64,000 nt of DNA from the human T2T-CHM13v2.0 reference genome, Homo sapiens (GCF_009914755.1 NC_060940.1); one strand, 5' to 3'. Positions 23,927 to 44,777 are shown, counted from the first letter of the stretch. Program-made: numbers and translations. The notes: generated from the letters alone by a model not told the origin.

Positions 23927-25328
23927 TAGCCAGGGGCATGGACTCTGGAGCCAGCCATGCTGGGTTTGAACCCCACCTTCACCACTTGGCCAAGATCCTT
24001 AAATTCTCTGCATCTCACTTTCCTCATCTGTAAAATGGGGATAATCATGTTATCAGCCTTGTAGAGTCAGTAGGAGGATTTGGGAGTAATGTGCAAATGT
24101 CCTAGAAGTGTGCCCAGCACATAGTGGGTGCTCAATAGCTCTGCTAATTTTGTCCTGCCAGGAACCAAGAGCTATCAGTGTTAAATGAGCCCAGTGTAAG
24201 GAACTGGCCCAGAGAAGCTCTCAGAAGCTTTTCCTTAAATCCAAAGGGTCCACACCAGACCAGTGCCTGGCCTGCCCATGCTTTCACCCATAAAACAGCC
24301 CAGAGCCATCAGTATGCTTAGTTAGTCCACACTCAAGCAAATATTTCCAGATGGTCTGACCTCTTGCAAGAGCATGGTGCTTCTGGGGTTTGGACCCTTC
24401 CGTGAAGTCCCTAAGATGAATCCTGGCACATGTTACAGCAGCAGTGCCAGCCACAGCCCAGAGCCTTGCTGGGCCCCCAGGCATAAGGCACTCACCAGTC
24501 TCCGGGCTTCTGTGGCCAAGGCAAGAGAGGCCGCTGTATCAGTGAGTGCCTTACACCTGGGGGCCCAGCCAGGGCCTTCCCCTGCCTTGCCACAGAAGCC
24601 CTTAATTAGAAGCCCAGAAGCCAAAAACAGCTCAGGACATATTTTGTTGGGCTTGCAATTTTTTTTTTTTTTTTTGAGACAGAGTCTCGCTCTGTTGTCC
24701 AGCCTGGAGTGCAGTGGTTGGATCCCAGCTCACTGCAGCCTCGACCTTCCAGGATTAAGTGATCCTCTCACCTCAGCCTCACGAGTAGCTGGGACTACAG
24801 GCACGTGCCACCACCTCCAGCTAATTGTTGGTTGATGTTGTTTTACAGAGACAAGGTACTCACTTTGTTACCCAGGTTTAAATTTTTCAATTTATTCCCA
24901 ACTTTTAAAATCTATGAGATTTTTACAGTCAGGATCCATTTTGGGGTGACAGAATTGTTTCCCATTTTTATTGTGGTGATGGTGACATGGATGGAAACAT
25001 TTGTGGAGCTATATATTTGAAATGTGCATAGTTTGTGTGTATGTGCAGTTTATTATATGTAAATTATACCATCATAATTATTATGTAATTACTATACCTT
25101 AATAAACTCACTAGAAAAAAAAAAAATCTAAGTTCCCAGCTTTTCTTTAAAAATCTGAGGATGGCGGGGCGTGGTAGCTCACGCCTGTAATCCCAGCACT
25201 TTGGGAGGCCAAGGAGGGTGTATCACATGAGGTCAGGAGTTCAAGACCAGCCTGGCCAACAGGGTGAAACCCTGTCTCTACAAAAATACAAAAATTAGCC
25301 AGGCGTGGTGACAGGCACCTGTAATCCC

Positions 25329-25332
<4 letters not shown>

Positions 25333-25384
<52 letters not shown>
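25333..25384. repeat. (CA)n microsatellite abutting a truncated Alu
   Basis: About 25 uninterrupted CA units directly after cctgtaatcccagc. Confidence 0.95.
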
Positions 25385-25388
<4 letters not shown>

Positions 25389-26946
25389 AAAACCTGAAGA
25401 TCTGGCAACTCTAGGCCAAGATGGCAAAACTCGGCTAGGGCAGTCCCCTCTAAGCAGGGCACCACAGCTGTCCCAAATGTCTCCCCAACCCTAAGGTGGT
25501 GGTTCCACTGTTTGTCTACATCATGCCCCTCCTCTCAGTTACTACCTGCTCATTATTTTGCGATTCCAGGACACCAAGCTTTGACCTCTGAACAGTAAGG
25601 ACATAGCACATGGAGAACACACAGCCCAGCACCGGCGTGGGGGAGGCACTTCATCAAAACTGCTCACTGCCGCTGTCACCATGATCACCAGCGTCATCAA
25701 TGTGGCCCAGATCCCCTGCTCGGCAGACAGCTCCCCCTTATCCTTCTGCAGGCTCTGTCCTGCTGCCCCCGGAGCTGGGGGAACTGGAGGCATGAAACAG
25801 ACCTCCTCCTCTTTTACCCACTGGCAGAAAGGGACTTGGACAGACTGTCCTTTGGCAGACCTTGTTGGGCTCAAACTGTCCTCTCCTTCCCTTATCTTTA
25901 GGGTAGGCAGGCGCATGCGTACGCACCCCCCACCCCCAGCTGGGTGCTGTCTTCAGGGCTCAGCCTTCTAGTCCCTGCCGTTTCTGTGCTTCCTCACACA
26001 CCATTCTAGAAGACTGGTGCCTCTGAACACATATGCCTGGGGCTGTTTTCCAGGAGACCGCACCTGGCTTCCAGGGATCATCGAATTCACTGCTGGAACC
26101 AAATGAAGTGCTGCTGGGGACTTCTGAAGATCTCAGGAGGACCTTCAAAAAGTCCTGGCACAATTTTCAAATTTAACCGCCAGTTGCTAGGATTTAATTC
26201 CATTCCACAGATGGTTGCCATGCCCCACTCTCCCAGGAAACACAGTCCCCAAGAAGCCTCCATAATGCACGGCGTTCAGCACTGACGATGTGTTTAGCAG
26301 CTGTGGCTGTGTCTCAGTTCACCGCTCATTCTCTGAGCCCTTCCTGCAAGACCTGCCCTGGCCTCAGAACACGGAGGGAAGCAGAGGCTTCCTGTCAATG
26401 GGCCAATCAGCAGCCGACAGCCTGATGGGGAGACTGGACCAAACCTAAAGACATTCCTAACATGTTTATTAAACGCCAGGGCCAGAGGAGAAATCTAGCA
26501 AGTTCCAGTGGGGCAGGACAGACGGGAAATGGCACAAGAACTCAGAAAAGAGGAAGCTCTATGACTTCCCTTACCCAGAAATGCCTTCATGCAACACGTA
26601 TAACAGCTAATTTCATTAATACATGAAGTGCTCTTACAAATCAATAAGAAAAAGGCAAAAAAACAAAATAGGAAAGAGGGGGAAAAGATATGAGCAGGCA
26701 GTTCACAGAAAATACAAAAGGTTTCAAACCTGTGAGTGATGTTCAGTCCTCTAGTAAAATAAATATAAATCAAAACTATGAGACATAAACCAAAACTAGC
26801 TTTGGTTATATTTGAAATTTTCCATAATAAAAACCTAAAATTTTTTCATAAGTTCAAAAGGTTAGCTTTAAGAGACATATAAATAATTGTCTTATCTGGG
26901 TCTGATACAAATAAACTGTAAATTTTATTTTATTTTATTTTTGTGA

Positions 26947-27138
<192 letters not shown>

Positions 27139-27219
27139 TAGTCTCGAACTCCTGACCTCGTGATCTGCCCACCTTGGCCTCCCAAAATGCTGGAATTACA
27201 GGCGTGAGCCACCACACCC

Positions 27220-27255
<36 letters not shown>

Positions 27256-28944
27256 GGAGTTTTTGCTCTTATTGCCCAGGCTGCAGTATGGTGGTGCAAT
27301 CTTGGCTCACTGCAACCTCCAACCTCCTGGGTTCAAGCAATTCTCCTGCCTCAGCCTCCCAAGTAGCTGGCATTACAGGTATGCGCCACCATGCCCAGCT
27401 AATTTTTGTATTTCTATTAAAGACAGGGTTTCAGCATGTTGGCCAGGCTGGTCTCGAACTCCTGACCTCAGGTGATCCCCCCACCTCGGCCTCCCAAAGT
27501 GCTGGGATTACAGGCTTGAGCCACCTCGCCCAGCCTAAAATATTTTTAAAGTATAAGATAATCAGGGAAATTTGAACACTGAACTTCAGTAACACTAAAA
27601 AGTTATCATTTGGCCCAGTGCAGTGGCTCGTGCCTATAATCCCAACACTTCGGGAGGCTGAGGCAGGAGGATTGCTTGAGCCCAGGAGTTCAAGACCAGC
27701 CTGGGCAATGTAGTAAGACCCTGTCTCTAAATAAAAATAAATAAACAAAGTTATTCACTTTTTTAGGTGTGATGATAGTATCAAGATTATGTTTTTTAAA
27801 AGAGCCCTTATCTTTTTGCTATAAATGCTAAAACATTTATGAAAGAAATGATCCAACATCTCAGATTTCCTTAAAATAATCTGAAGGGGGAAGTGGGTGG
27901 GGAAAAGAGAAAAAAAAAAACATGCACAATAATTTCCCGTTTTCATTCACCAGAAAGGCAAAGAATCAAAAGCATTCCCACACCTTGATGGTAGGAGACT
28001 GATTTGGAGTAACTTCTTTGAAGGCTGACTTGCCTTTATCTGTATAAATTTACCATTTGGCTTGGTATTTCCACTGCCAGGAGTGTAACATGCAGATAAA
28101 CTCACACTTGTGTTCAGTGACATACATCTATGGATATTCACTGCATCTTTATTTATAGTTGCTAAAAATAAGAAACAACAGAAACAAACGAGGATCTGGG
28201 CTGGTTAACAACTGAAGACACAGCCCCCAAAGGGAGTACCCAGATATATTCATAACGATATGAACATCAATCAATGCCCAAAATATATTAAGTAAAAAAT
28301 TAGAAATCGGGGCCAGGACAATGTGAATAACATTTGAATTAAAATAAAACAATTCTGCCAGGAGCGGTAACTCACACCTGTAATCCCAGCACTTTGGGAG
28401 GCCAAAGCAGGCAGATCACTTGAGGTCAGGAGCTCAAGACCAGCCTGGCCAACATGGTGAAACCCCATCTCTACTAAAAATACAAAAAAATTAGCCGGGC
28501 ATGGTGGAGGGCGTCTGTAATCCCAGCTATTCAGGAGGCTGAGACAGGAGAATCGCTTGAACCCAGGAGGTGGAGATTGCAGTCAGTCGAGATCGCGCCA
28601 TTGAACTCCAGGGGTGACAGAGTGAAGCTCCGTCTCAAAAACAAACAAAAACAACAAAGCAGTTCTGGTGCTACAGATTGTGGGAAAAACAAAACAAAAC
28701 AAAAGGGTGCTGTGGATACCAAACAAAAGGGTGCTCCAGATAGAGGCTTGTAGACACAGCCTCTATCTGGAAGGATTCAAAGGAACTCAGAATCCACGCT
28801 TGCCTAGGGGGCCAGGGTATTGGTGTTCTGGGGCCTGGGGGATGGAATAGGAAGGAGATGTATGCTCTTTACTCTACATGATTTTTTTTACTATGTGCAT
28901 ATTAATTTTGTTAAAGCTATTGATTAGATCTATTTTATTATTTA

Positions 28945-29301
28945 CAGTCGTGACTCTGTATGTGCCAGGGATTGGTTCCCGGGCCCCCTCCACAGCAAAA
29001 TCTATGGCTGCTCAAGTCCCTGATATAAAATGTCATGGTATTTGCATGTAACCTACACACACCCTCCCATACACTTTAAATCACCTCTAGATTACTTATA
29101 ATACCTAATAAAATGTAGATGCTATATGAGAAGTTGTTATACTATTGTATAACAACTGTATTATTATTTAGAGAATAATGACAAGAAAGAAAAACCTGTA
29201 CATGCTCAGTACGGACACACCATCATAGGACTAAGTACATTTTGATCCGAGATTTGATTGAATCTGCAGATGTAGAACCCACAAATATGGAGGGCTGACT
29301 A
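28945..29301 (+). mobile_element. MER2-family TcMar-Tigger element
   Basis: TA-cagtcgtgactc...gggattggttcc start; ...atatggagggctgact end. Confidence 0.75.
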
Positions 29302-29332
29302 TAATTAAATTAAATTTCTTTATTTTTTTTAA

Positions 29333-29446
<114 letters not shown>

Positions 29447-30610
29447 TAGGACTACAGGTTTGTGCCACAATGCCTGGTAAATTTATTTATTTATTTTTTG
29501 TAGAGACGGGGTCTTCCTATGTTGCCTAGGCTGGTCTCAAACTCTTGGCCTCAAGCAATCCTCCCACCTCGGCCTCCCAAAGCACTAGGATTACAGGCAT
29601 CAGCCACTGCACCCAGCATAATTTTATTTTTTAAAGCCGGGCTTTGTTAGGGTCACACTGCCCTGCAGGCCAAGTCCTCAGAAAAGGCACGGTGCAGACA
29701 GCGGGGGCTAGGGAGAGGGGCAGCTCTGAAGGAGCTGCAGGGCAGGGAGGGGAAGGGGCAGCAGGGGAGCTCTGGCCTGGTGCGGGGAGGGGAGGCATGC
29801 TCCTGTCCTCGGCAGGCAGCCGACACAGAGTCAAGCACGGACCCCTCTGACCCCAGCTCATCTCTTGCCAGAGGCTGGTGAGTCACTGCAGGGGTCTGAA
29901 ATGGTGGCTCCAGGTTGTCTGAGTGTTGCTAAGTGGCTGACCCCTAGCTGTCCCCAAACAGGGTGTTCCCTCTACAGACCTCACCCCCCATATCCTTCTC
30001 CCAGCAGCCAAGCTTCCATTAGCCTGCAGGATTGATTATGCAACTCTTAGGAACAGCCGCTCCCAGGAATGCCACCCTCCACCCCCAGGCTCCGGCTCCT
30101 GCCTGCTGTCCCCCTGGGTCACTGTCAACACTCGTCTCCCCACAGGCAGCTGCACTCTCCACTCCCTCTGGAGCTAAGCTCAAGGTTGGGGACAGGAGGT
30201 GGCGGGTGGGTTTCTGAGCAGGGCTCCATCAGGACAAACTGGCCACTCCTGCCTGTCCCACCCCATGTGTGAAGGAGCAGAAGGGCAGTCACGGGGGTGT
30301 CAGAGAAGTGTGGTGGTCCTCCCTCCCAAACCGCCAGCGTGTCCCCCACAGCTAGGTTCCCTGGAGCTGCCAAGACCCTGCAGTCCTGGCCAGAGCCCCG
30401 CTTCTTCCCTTCCCTGGGGAGAATGGCAGGCAGTGTCCGGACTGGAAATCCACCTATGACCTGTAAGTTTCCAGCTCTCCTTTTCCCCATCAACAGGTCA
30501 CACAGGAAGGGGACACCATGCCTCCAGCTCTCCAAACACTGGCTGCCTGGCCAGTCTCCCACCAGGGCCGGGGCCTCCCATCCAGCCAGGGCAGGGAAGC
30601 AGGAACCAAC

Positions 30611-31087
30611 CTCCTCAGGGCTGTCACCTGGGCTGCCTCTCCTCCAGGGCACACGCCCCTGCATGAGGAAATCCGCCACCTTTGATTTCTGGAACGTGGC
30701 CCCCACCAAAGCGATGGCCCTGTCCACCGCAGCCACCATCCTGAAGAGGGCCTCCAGCCTGGCACCGTGCTGGGCCGCATCCTGCTGCATGGCCCTCACC
30801 AGCTCCAGGACCTCGGGCCACCCAGCCTGGGTGTCAATGTGGGGAACCCCATCAGCCCCGCCCGGGCCCGGTGCCCGGGAGGCCTCCAGCCTGTGCAGGC
30901 CCCGCTCCAGGTGGCCCATGTCTCGGCACATGCTCTGCAACTTCTCTGTGACATCTTCTTGGAAGTGCAGGAGCTGGTCCACCTTCTCGTTCAGCATGTT
31001 CAGCTTTGTGTCCATGGTTGTTAAGCAGGTCTTGCCCAACCCTGGCAGCCCCCCATGCCCCAGACTCTCCTTGGAGGTTCCTGACAT
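30611..31087 (-). CDS. MYLK3: MYLK3 coding exon 1 (aa 1-159, MSGTSKESLG...GDSPEE)
   Basis: ATG at 31087 in ORF 30125..31135; translation matches the N-terminus of cardiac MLCK as I recall it; donor GAG|GTTGGT at 30610; 477 nt, phase 0. Confidence 0.96.
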
Positions 31088-31800
31088 GCTGGTGCAGGCT
31101 TGACAAGGGCAAGAGCGGGGAATGAGGAGAGGCACAGACCCCTGGTTCTCACTCAGGCGGTGGTGTCTGCAAGGTCATTGTCCTCCGTAGCTGACAGACT
31201 CCTGGCAGCACCAACCTCCACGATGGCCTGGGCTGTGTGAGGAGCGCAGAGGCCCAGGTTCTTCCTGTGCCTTTGCTTTGCTTATCTCCCACCCTACACG
31301 GGCCTGTGAGTGACAGGCCGAGGTCAGCCCAGGCCCTTCTCCTTGGGGCCCCTTTGACATCACGGCAGCATTTAACATTCCTCTCTGAGAGGCTGCTGAT
31401 GGGCAAATATGTTAAGAATCTGCCCAGAGCCAGCAGGGTTCATGCAACTAATGGTTCGGAGGAAAGGAAAGGGTCCTTTGGAGAACGGCACCTGCCAGCT
31501 GGGCTCCAGGAGGGATCCCAGGGCGGAGGAAGGTCCTTAGAGGCCCAGAGCCCTGAGGCCACACACATCAGAGTCACAATAAAAAGCAAGACCAAGACAG
31601 AAAGGAATGTGAGACCACTCAGCAAAGTTGTGACTTCTGCCATGATGAAAATTTTGATGCTTCTGCAAATTTAAAACAAACTTCAGGTGCCCCTACTACA
31701 CCAGCGTTCAGAACATGTGTTTAGACTGTCTGTGGGGTGGCCGGCAGGTCCCTCCCCACCGGAGCCCTCAGTGACTAGTCCCTTGTACCTAAAAATAGAA
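31088..31800 (-). promoter_or_regulatory. MYLK3 5'UTR and proximal promoter with muscle/cardiac TF motifs
   Basis: GATA CTTATCT 31281-31287; MCAT/TEAD CATTCCT 31376-31382 and AGGAATG 31603-31609; perfect MEF2 CTAAAAATAG 31789-31798; non-repetitive sequence directly upstream of ATG; TSS not determinable from sequence. Confidence 0.6.
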
Positions 31801-32377
31801 CTGAGGGCAATGGCCCTGGCCACCTGCCAAGCGCTGTCCCGAGGGCCATGTTCTTCACAGGGCCCTCAGGGGGACACTCACCAGAGACACCTGCTCCCCC
31901 AATAACAACTATGCAGGTATCAGACATGCAATTTCCATACTGAAACAGACTAGCAGGGACCCAGAGCACAACAGGCCTGTGTTTCCTGTGGTTTACAAAC
32001 GTTTTTGCCTTATAAGCCCTTGGTTCAAATAAAACGTTTTACAGAAGTATCAGTCAATAAAGCAGACACAAGCAGAGATGCTAAGGTTACCCCCGAGGTG
32101 GGGCACAGGGAGCCCCTTAAAGTCCCAAGGACGCCACGGAGCAGTCTGACCTACACCATTTCCATCCAGCTCCCCGTGGGCAGAGGGCAAAGCCCAGAGA
32201 GGGGCATTTGCCCAAGGTGGCCCAGGCAGGCACACGGCCTCCTGAGGATGGTCCAGCCATGGGCAGGGCTGCCCCCAAGGGAGGGGGCTTTAGTGTCCCC
32301 CTCAAGCTTCCCCCTTCTGAATAAAAGCAATTATGATAAAATCTGACCTGGACATTTGGAATCTAAAAGCACTATTA

Positions 32378-39105
<6,728 letters not shown>

Positions 39106-41117
39106 CAGAGTTCTTACAAGAAAGAATGAGATTAAAATACAATCATTGATTTTGCATTGAAGAATATTTACAGTCATAGTAAAGTAAACCCTTTATTAAG
39201 TAAAAGCAGTGACATCTGTCTTGTGAGGGTGAGGGAGGGAAAGTGGGGAGTGTGAGAAAGCTAAGTCCTCATTTATCTTACCGGCAACTCCATATATCAT
39301 GCACAAAACAGAGAATGAAGAAATATGGAGGCAAATATCAAAAGAAACAAAGAAACAGCTTCAACGTGTTTGCTTCTGGGGACCAGGACAGGAGACGGGT
39401 TATCCAGAACCTAAGGACAGCCTCTTAGGGGAGAAACACACAGTGCCCTTTGTTGATTTGTGTATTTATTTATAACAGTCGTGTTGCAGCGTGTAGCAGT
39501 GAAAGGTCTTGTTCTAACAAAATCATATATGATGACGATTTTCCGAGGGAAGGAAGCCACATGTTGAGAGGAAAGTTTTCTAATTCACACAAAATGCCAT
39601 AGGGGCTCACGGTGCACCTGGCACTTAGCCTCTGTGAACACAGGTTTCCTCATCTGCACTGGGGGCCCATTAACTGCAATAACCACAGGGCTGTTGGACA
39701 TTAACGTAAGCAAAATGTCTAGCACAGCACCTGGCACGTGGTAAGTCCACGAAAATGGCAGCGATTGGAACGGCCATCCTTAAGACCAGCCACACCTTCT
39801 CCCCGTCTGACCGCAGACGGTCAGCCCAGCAAGGCAGCAATGTGCTTGCTCAGTCACTTCATTGTGGGGTGAGGGGCAGGAGGAGGAAGGGGGACAGCTT
39901 CCCAGTCCTAAGCCAGTGGACCTCCTCCCAGCCCAGGCCACCTCCCCGCCCGCACCACACCATTGCTGGAATGCACTGAGGAAGTACACACATCTCCTCC
40001 ATGGCACCAAGCTCACTTAAGAAAGGAAAGCAGAGATGAAGAAGAACTCCAGAAAGCCACGCAGAGTTTAATGCGGACAACTTCAGGGGTAGCTGCCATC
40101 CACATTTCTGTCCACCACACGATGCATTTGTTGCAGAAGGCCCAAGCTGACCATCCCCAAACTGTCCCCCTAAACCAAAGCTTTCTGCTGACTTTCTTGG
40201 TGCAAGAGAACCCAGGACCGGGGAACAACTGTCACCAGGTCTCCCTTAGTCCCGTGCCCTACCAATTGTTCCTCAGGCTCTTACTTCAAAGCACACTTGC
40301 CCAGAGCTGCCCTTACCGCAAATATCTGGGTGTAACCCGACGCCCGCTGCTGGCCTCTGGTGCTGGGACCGCGCAGTGCTGGAGTGGGGCACAGAGTCCC
40401 CATCCATCAGCCACTGTGACTGTGCCAACTCCGTGTTTACTCTGCCTAGAGATGGATGCTGCCCAAACGCCCGGAGCGCTGGGAATGAGGTGGGCTGGCT
40501 GGCCAGGATGATTTCTCTGGAAGAACTCAGGCAGGAGCGATAAGCCTGGCATTTCCGCTTATCTCTGACCCTGTCCAGGCCCCAGCGGCATCCAGAGGCT
40601 TCACTTGGTTATCTGCCTTGCTGGGCTCTATCTGCCTCCCCGGGGGCCTACTTCCTGCATCACTTAGCAAAGTGTCCAGCTGTGAAACAAACACCGTGTG
40701 GTCCAAGGAGGGAGGAATGAAGGGAGGGAGTCCTCGGGCAGAACTGACCTGAGTTCAAAACCCCACATCCGGGTGCAGGGGCCCTGGGGATGTGCAGGGA
40801 CTCCTTGCATTCAGGGAGCCCTGAGGACAGAGGAGAGGCCGGGTCTGCAGCAGAGAGGTGGCGGCCCTGCAGGTCTTCAGTGGGGCTGCTTGTACCCTGG
40901 CCGGACCTGGTCAGTCACTTCTGTGCTGGGAGGGTCCTGCTATTGGCCCTCCAAATAAAACTACTCAGGAGGCAGCAAAGAGGCACAGAGTCCCCAAAGC
41001 CTGGGGCTGCAGTGCAGGAGAAGACAAGGAGACAAGGACACGTGGCTCTGTCAGGGACATGCCAGGGAGGGCTCCCTGGCCAGATCTTCCCAAAGCGCCT
41101 GGGAGAGACCAAGCTAT

Positions 41118-41160
41118 ACACACACACACTGCCATACACACACACACTGCCTCTCTCTCT

Positions 41161-41203
<43 letters not shown>

Positions 41204-41226
41204 CTCTCTCTCTCTCTCTCTCTCTC
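41118..41226. repeat. Compound (CA)n-(CT)n microsatellite
   Basis: Directly visible. Confidence 0.95.
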
Positions 41227-42462
41227 AACTTTGGGACCACAAATTAACTAGCTTGGCTGACGGGAAGGAGAGACAGGGCTGTCGGCTTCTGTACGCACTC
41301 ACAGCCCCTGCGCTGAGCGCTTTGGCTGCCTCTCCTTATTTGAGACACACTGCAGCCCTGTGGGGTGGGTCATTGTTTGTCATCCCCATTTCACAGAGGA
41401 GGAGCAACCTGGGGAACTTTAACAGCTGCCCAGGGCCAGTCCCCCAGAAAGGCATGGGGACAGCGTTCCAACACCATGCTCATCACTCACACCCTCTGCC
41501 ACTTTCACAGACAGGAGGGATCTCAGACACGAGAAGGGTCATTTCCCTTATTTTGTAGATGGAGATTCTGACGCCCAGAGATGGGAAGGGGCTTTCTGAA
41601 GGTCACACAGCACGTAAGTAGCAAAGACAGGGCCAGATGGTAAAACCATTGCCCTTGTAATGACCTGGAACTCCCTGGCTCTGTGGGTTGAGAGGTGTGT
41701 GCGGGGTGCGGGGTGAGACTGGATATAGGCTCGGCTCTGACGGTTGTCTGAGAAGATGGGGAGAGGGCCGAGGGGCAGGGACTCCGAGATATTCAATATT
41801 GGTTGCTTATTCTTCCATAGTAAAATGTCTATGACCTGTCTCATCCTGGCCCTACAGAAAGATGATAAAGCAACAGCCACAGCCCTGCCAGGATGAATCA
41901 AGGAGCTGAGCTTGGGAGTAAAACCAAAGTGCAAGTCTGACTTTACAGAAGTGGAGAGGGAAATGGCAGCCTCAGGGAAACCTGGCCTGGTGAGGGGGTG
42001 TCCCCACTGGCTCTCCGGTGCCACTGGGTTTGCTCCCAGGATCTTACTGCCTTCTGTGTGCAGTCCTGCACCCCTGGGCGAAGACTTCTCATTTACTCTC
42101 TTCCTTCTCCACATGCAAGTCAAACTGTTCCCTGCCTAAGCAAAGTCAAATGGAATCAGCCTGAAAATGCTAGAGAATAACAAAAAAGCACCCCCTGAAG
42201 CTAAATCCAGACCAACGGCCATTCATCCATCCATCCATTCATTCACTGAGCAACAACAAACACTTATTAGGAAATAATAACACTAGTGTTGATTGAGCCA
42301 GGCACTGTGCTACATCCTTACATCAATTACTGTACTTGCCCCTCACAACAATTCTAGGAGGAAAAAACTGTTATCCCCATTTCACAGGCAAGTAAACTGA
42401 GGCACAGGGTGACGAAGGCATGTTCCAAAGTCAGACTCGAGTTTGCCTACAACTGAGGGTAG

Positions 42463-42694
<232 letters not shown>

Positions 42695-44275
42695 TAGTAG
42701 AGATGGGGTTTCATCATGTTGGCCAGGCTGGTCTCGAATCCCTGACCTCAGGTGATCCACCCTCCTTGGCATCCCAAAGTGCGGGATTACAGGCGTTAGC
42801 CACCACGCCCAGCCCCTTTTCCACATGCTCTAATCTCACTGAAACTTTCTGCTTTCTGTCTAGAACCCAACTTTTTCTATGAGGGGCTACATCTTCCAGC
42901 TGCCAATTCAGAAGACTCAATTATGCTTAAGTTGGAACCAGGACAACCCGCCTCATGCAGGGTTCCATCTGCAAAGTCCTTGAGCACCAGTGCTCGTGAT
43001 CTCTGCTCATCCAAGGGGGAGGGACCACTGCCCCATTTCACTCGTGGAGAGACTGAGGTCACAGGGAGAGTCCGCACGAAGCTGGGCCTCAGACCTGGCT
43101 CTGCTGCTCTGGGGCCTGTGTTCACTGTGGACGAGAGGGTTTCTGGAAGTCCCTTCGACTCCTACAAACACACGCGCAGCTTTGGGACCCCACCTCACCT
43201 CCCCGGCTGACAAGAATCAGAGAAGGGACTGCAGGGTCTTGAAGTTAACTCACTTCTCTCAGCCCTACCGTGGGCAGGCCCTGTGCTCAGCACCTTAGCT
43301 GCACTGTCTTATTTAATCCCCTTCACTGTGCCCATTCTTGTGGGCTCTGAGCTCTGCTTGTGCCATGGGAAACCCCAAAAGTCTGGACAGGAGTGAGGTT
43401 AACACATAGGAACAACAGAGAAAGTGGGACAGTCGCTAACTGCAAGGTGCAGGGGACATGAGTGAGATGGGATGACTATGTAACTCACCAGTGCTCCCAG
43501 CCCCACCCCACATCCCATCAAAAGAACTTTCTCTTCACCTGTGAACTCTCTCCCCTCAGTCTACCCCTACCCTCTGAGCTGAGCCCAGTCCCAAGATGTC
43601 TTGGTATCAAATCTGAAGAACTGGTAGCAGAGGCGGGACCTGAGGGTCCATAGGAGAGGACTTGGTTGATCTGGGTAGCAAAGTCCCAACACTGGGGCAG
43701 GAAAAAGGTGACACAGACACCGAGCAGGGTCTGAGGTCTGGGGAGGGACAGACCCTCAGGCAGCCGCAGGATGTGAGAGAGAATGGGTAAGGGCAGAGGA
43801 GGGTTTGGAAAAATGTCTGCTCCAAGATATAAATGGTTGTTGGGGATCAAAAGTTGGAATGACACAGTGGCCAGGGCAGGCTTCTGGGGCCCCACATCTG
43901 CAGAAACTCAGCCACATGGTGCCAGCGAACTCAGCATGTAAGAGGGAGGCAAAAAAATTAGGGAGGACTTCTTGGAGGAAATGGGACTTGAGCTGAGCCT
44001 TGAATGATGGGCAAGACTTGGAAGGCTAAGAAAAGACGGTTCTAGTGAGGTCACAGAGGGAGCAAAGCTCAGGTGGAGCCTGGCAGGTGGGGGTGAGGAT
44101 GCAAGGACCACCCTCCAGCCACACGACATCAATGGAGGCCCAGCAGGTGGGACCCTTAAGACAGTGGACCAGGAAAATTAGGCCGAGACATACAGACCTG
44201 AAGCAGCAAGACAGAGGGACAGTGATGCTATGGAACATTTTGGGGTGGGCAGTAACATGATAAAGTTAGCATTTA

Positions 44276-44587
<312 letters not shown>

Positions 44588-44594
44588 CTACTCA

Positions 44595-44777
<183 letters not shown>

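Noticed and set aside
30125-30610. Exon 1 frame stays open for ~160 codons into intron 1
   Set aside because: Expected in GC-rich DNA; a canonical donor at 30610 joins exon 2 in frame, and I saw no clear polyA signal supporting an intronic terminal exon
30297-31103. 268-aa plus-strand ORF
   Set aside because: Antisense shadow of GC-rich MYLK3 exon 1; no domain resemblance
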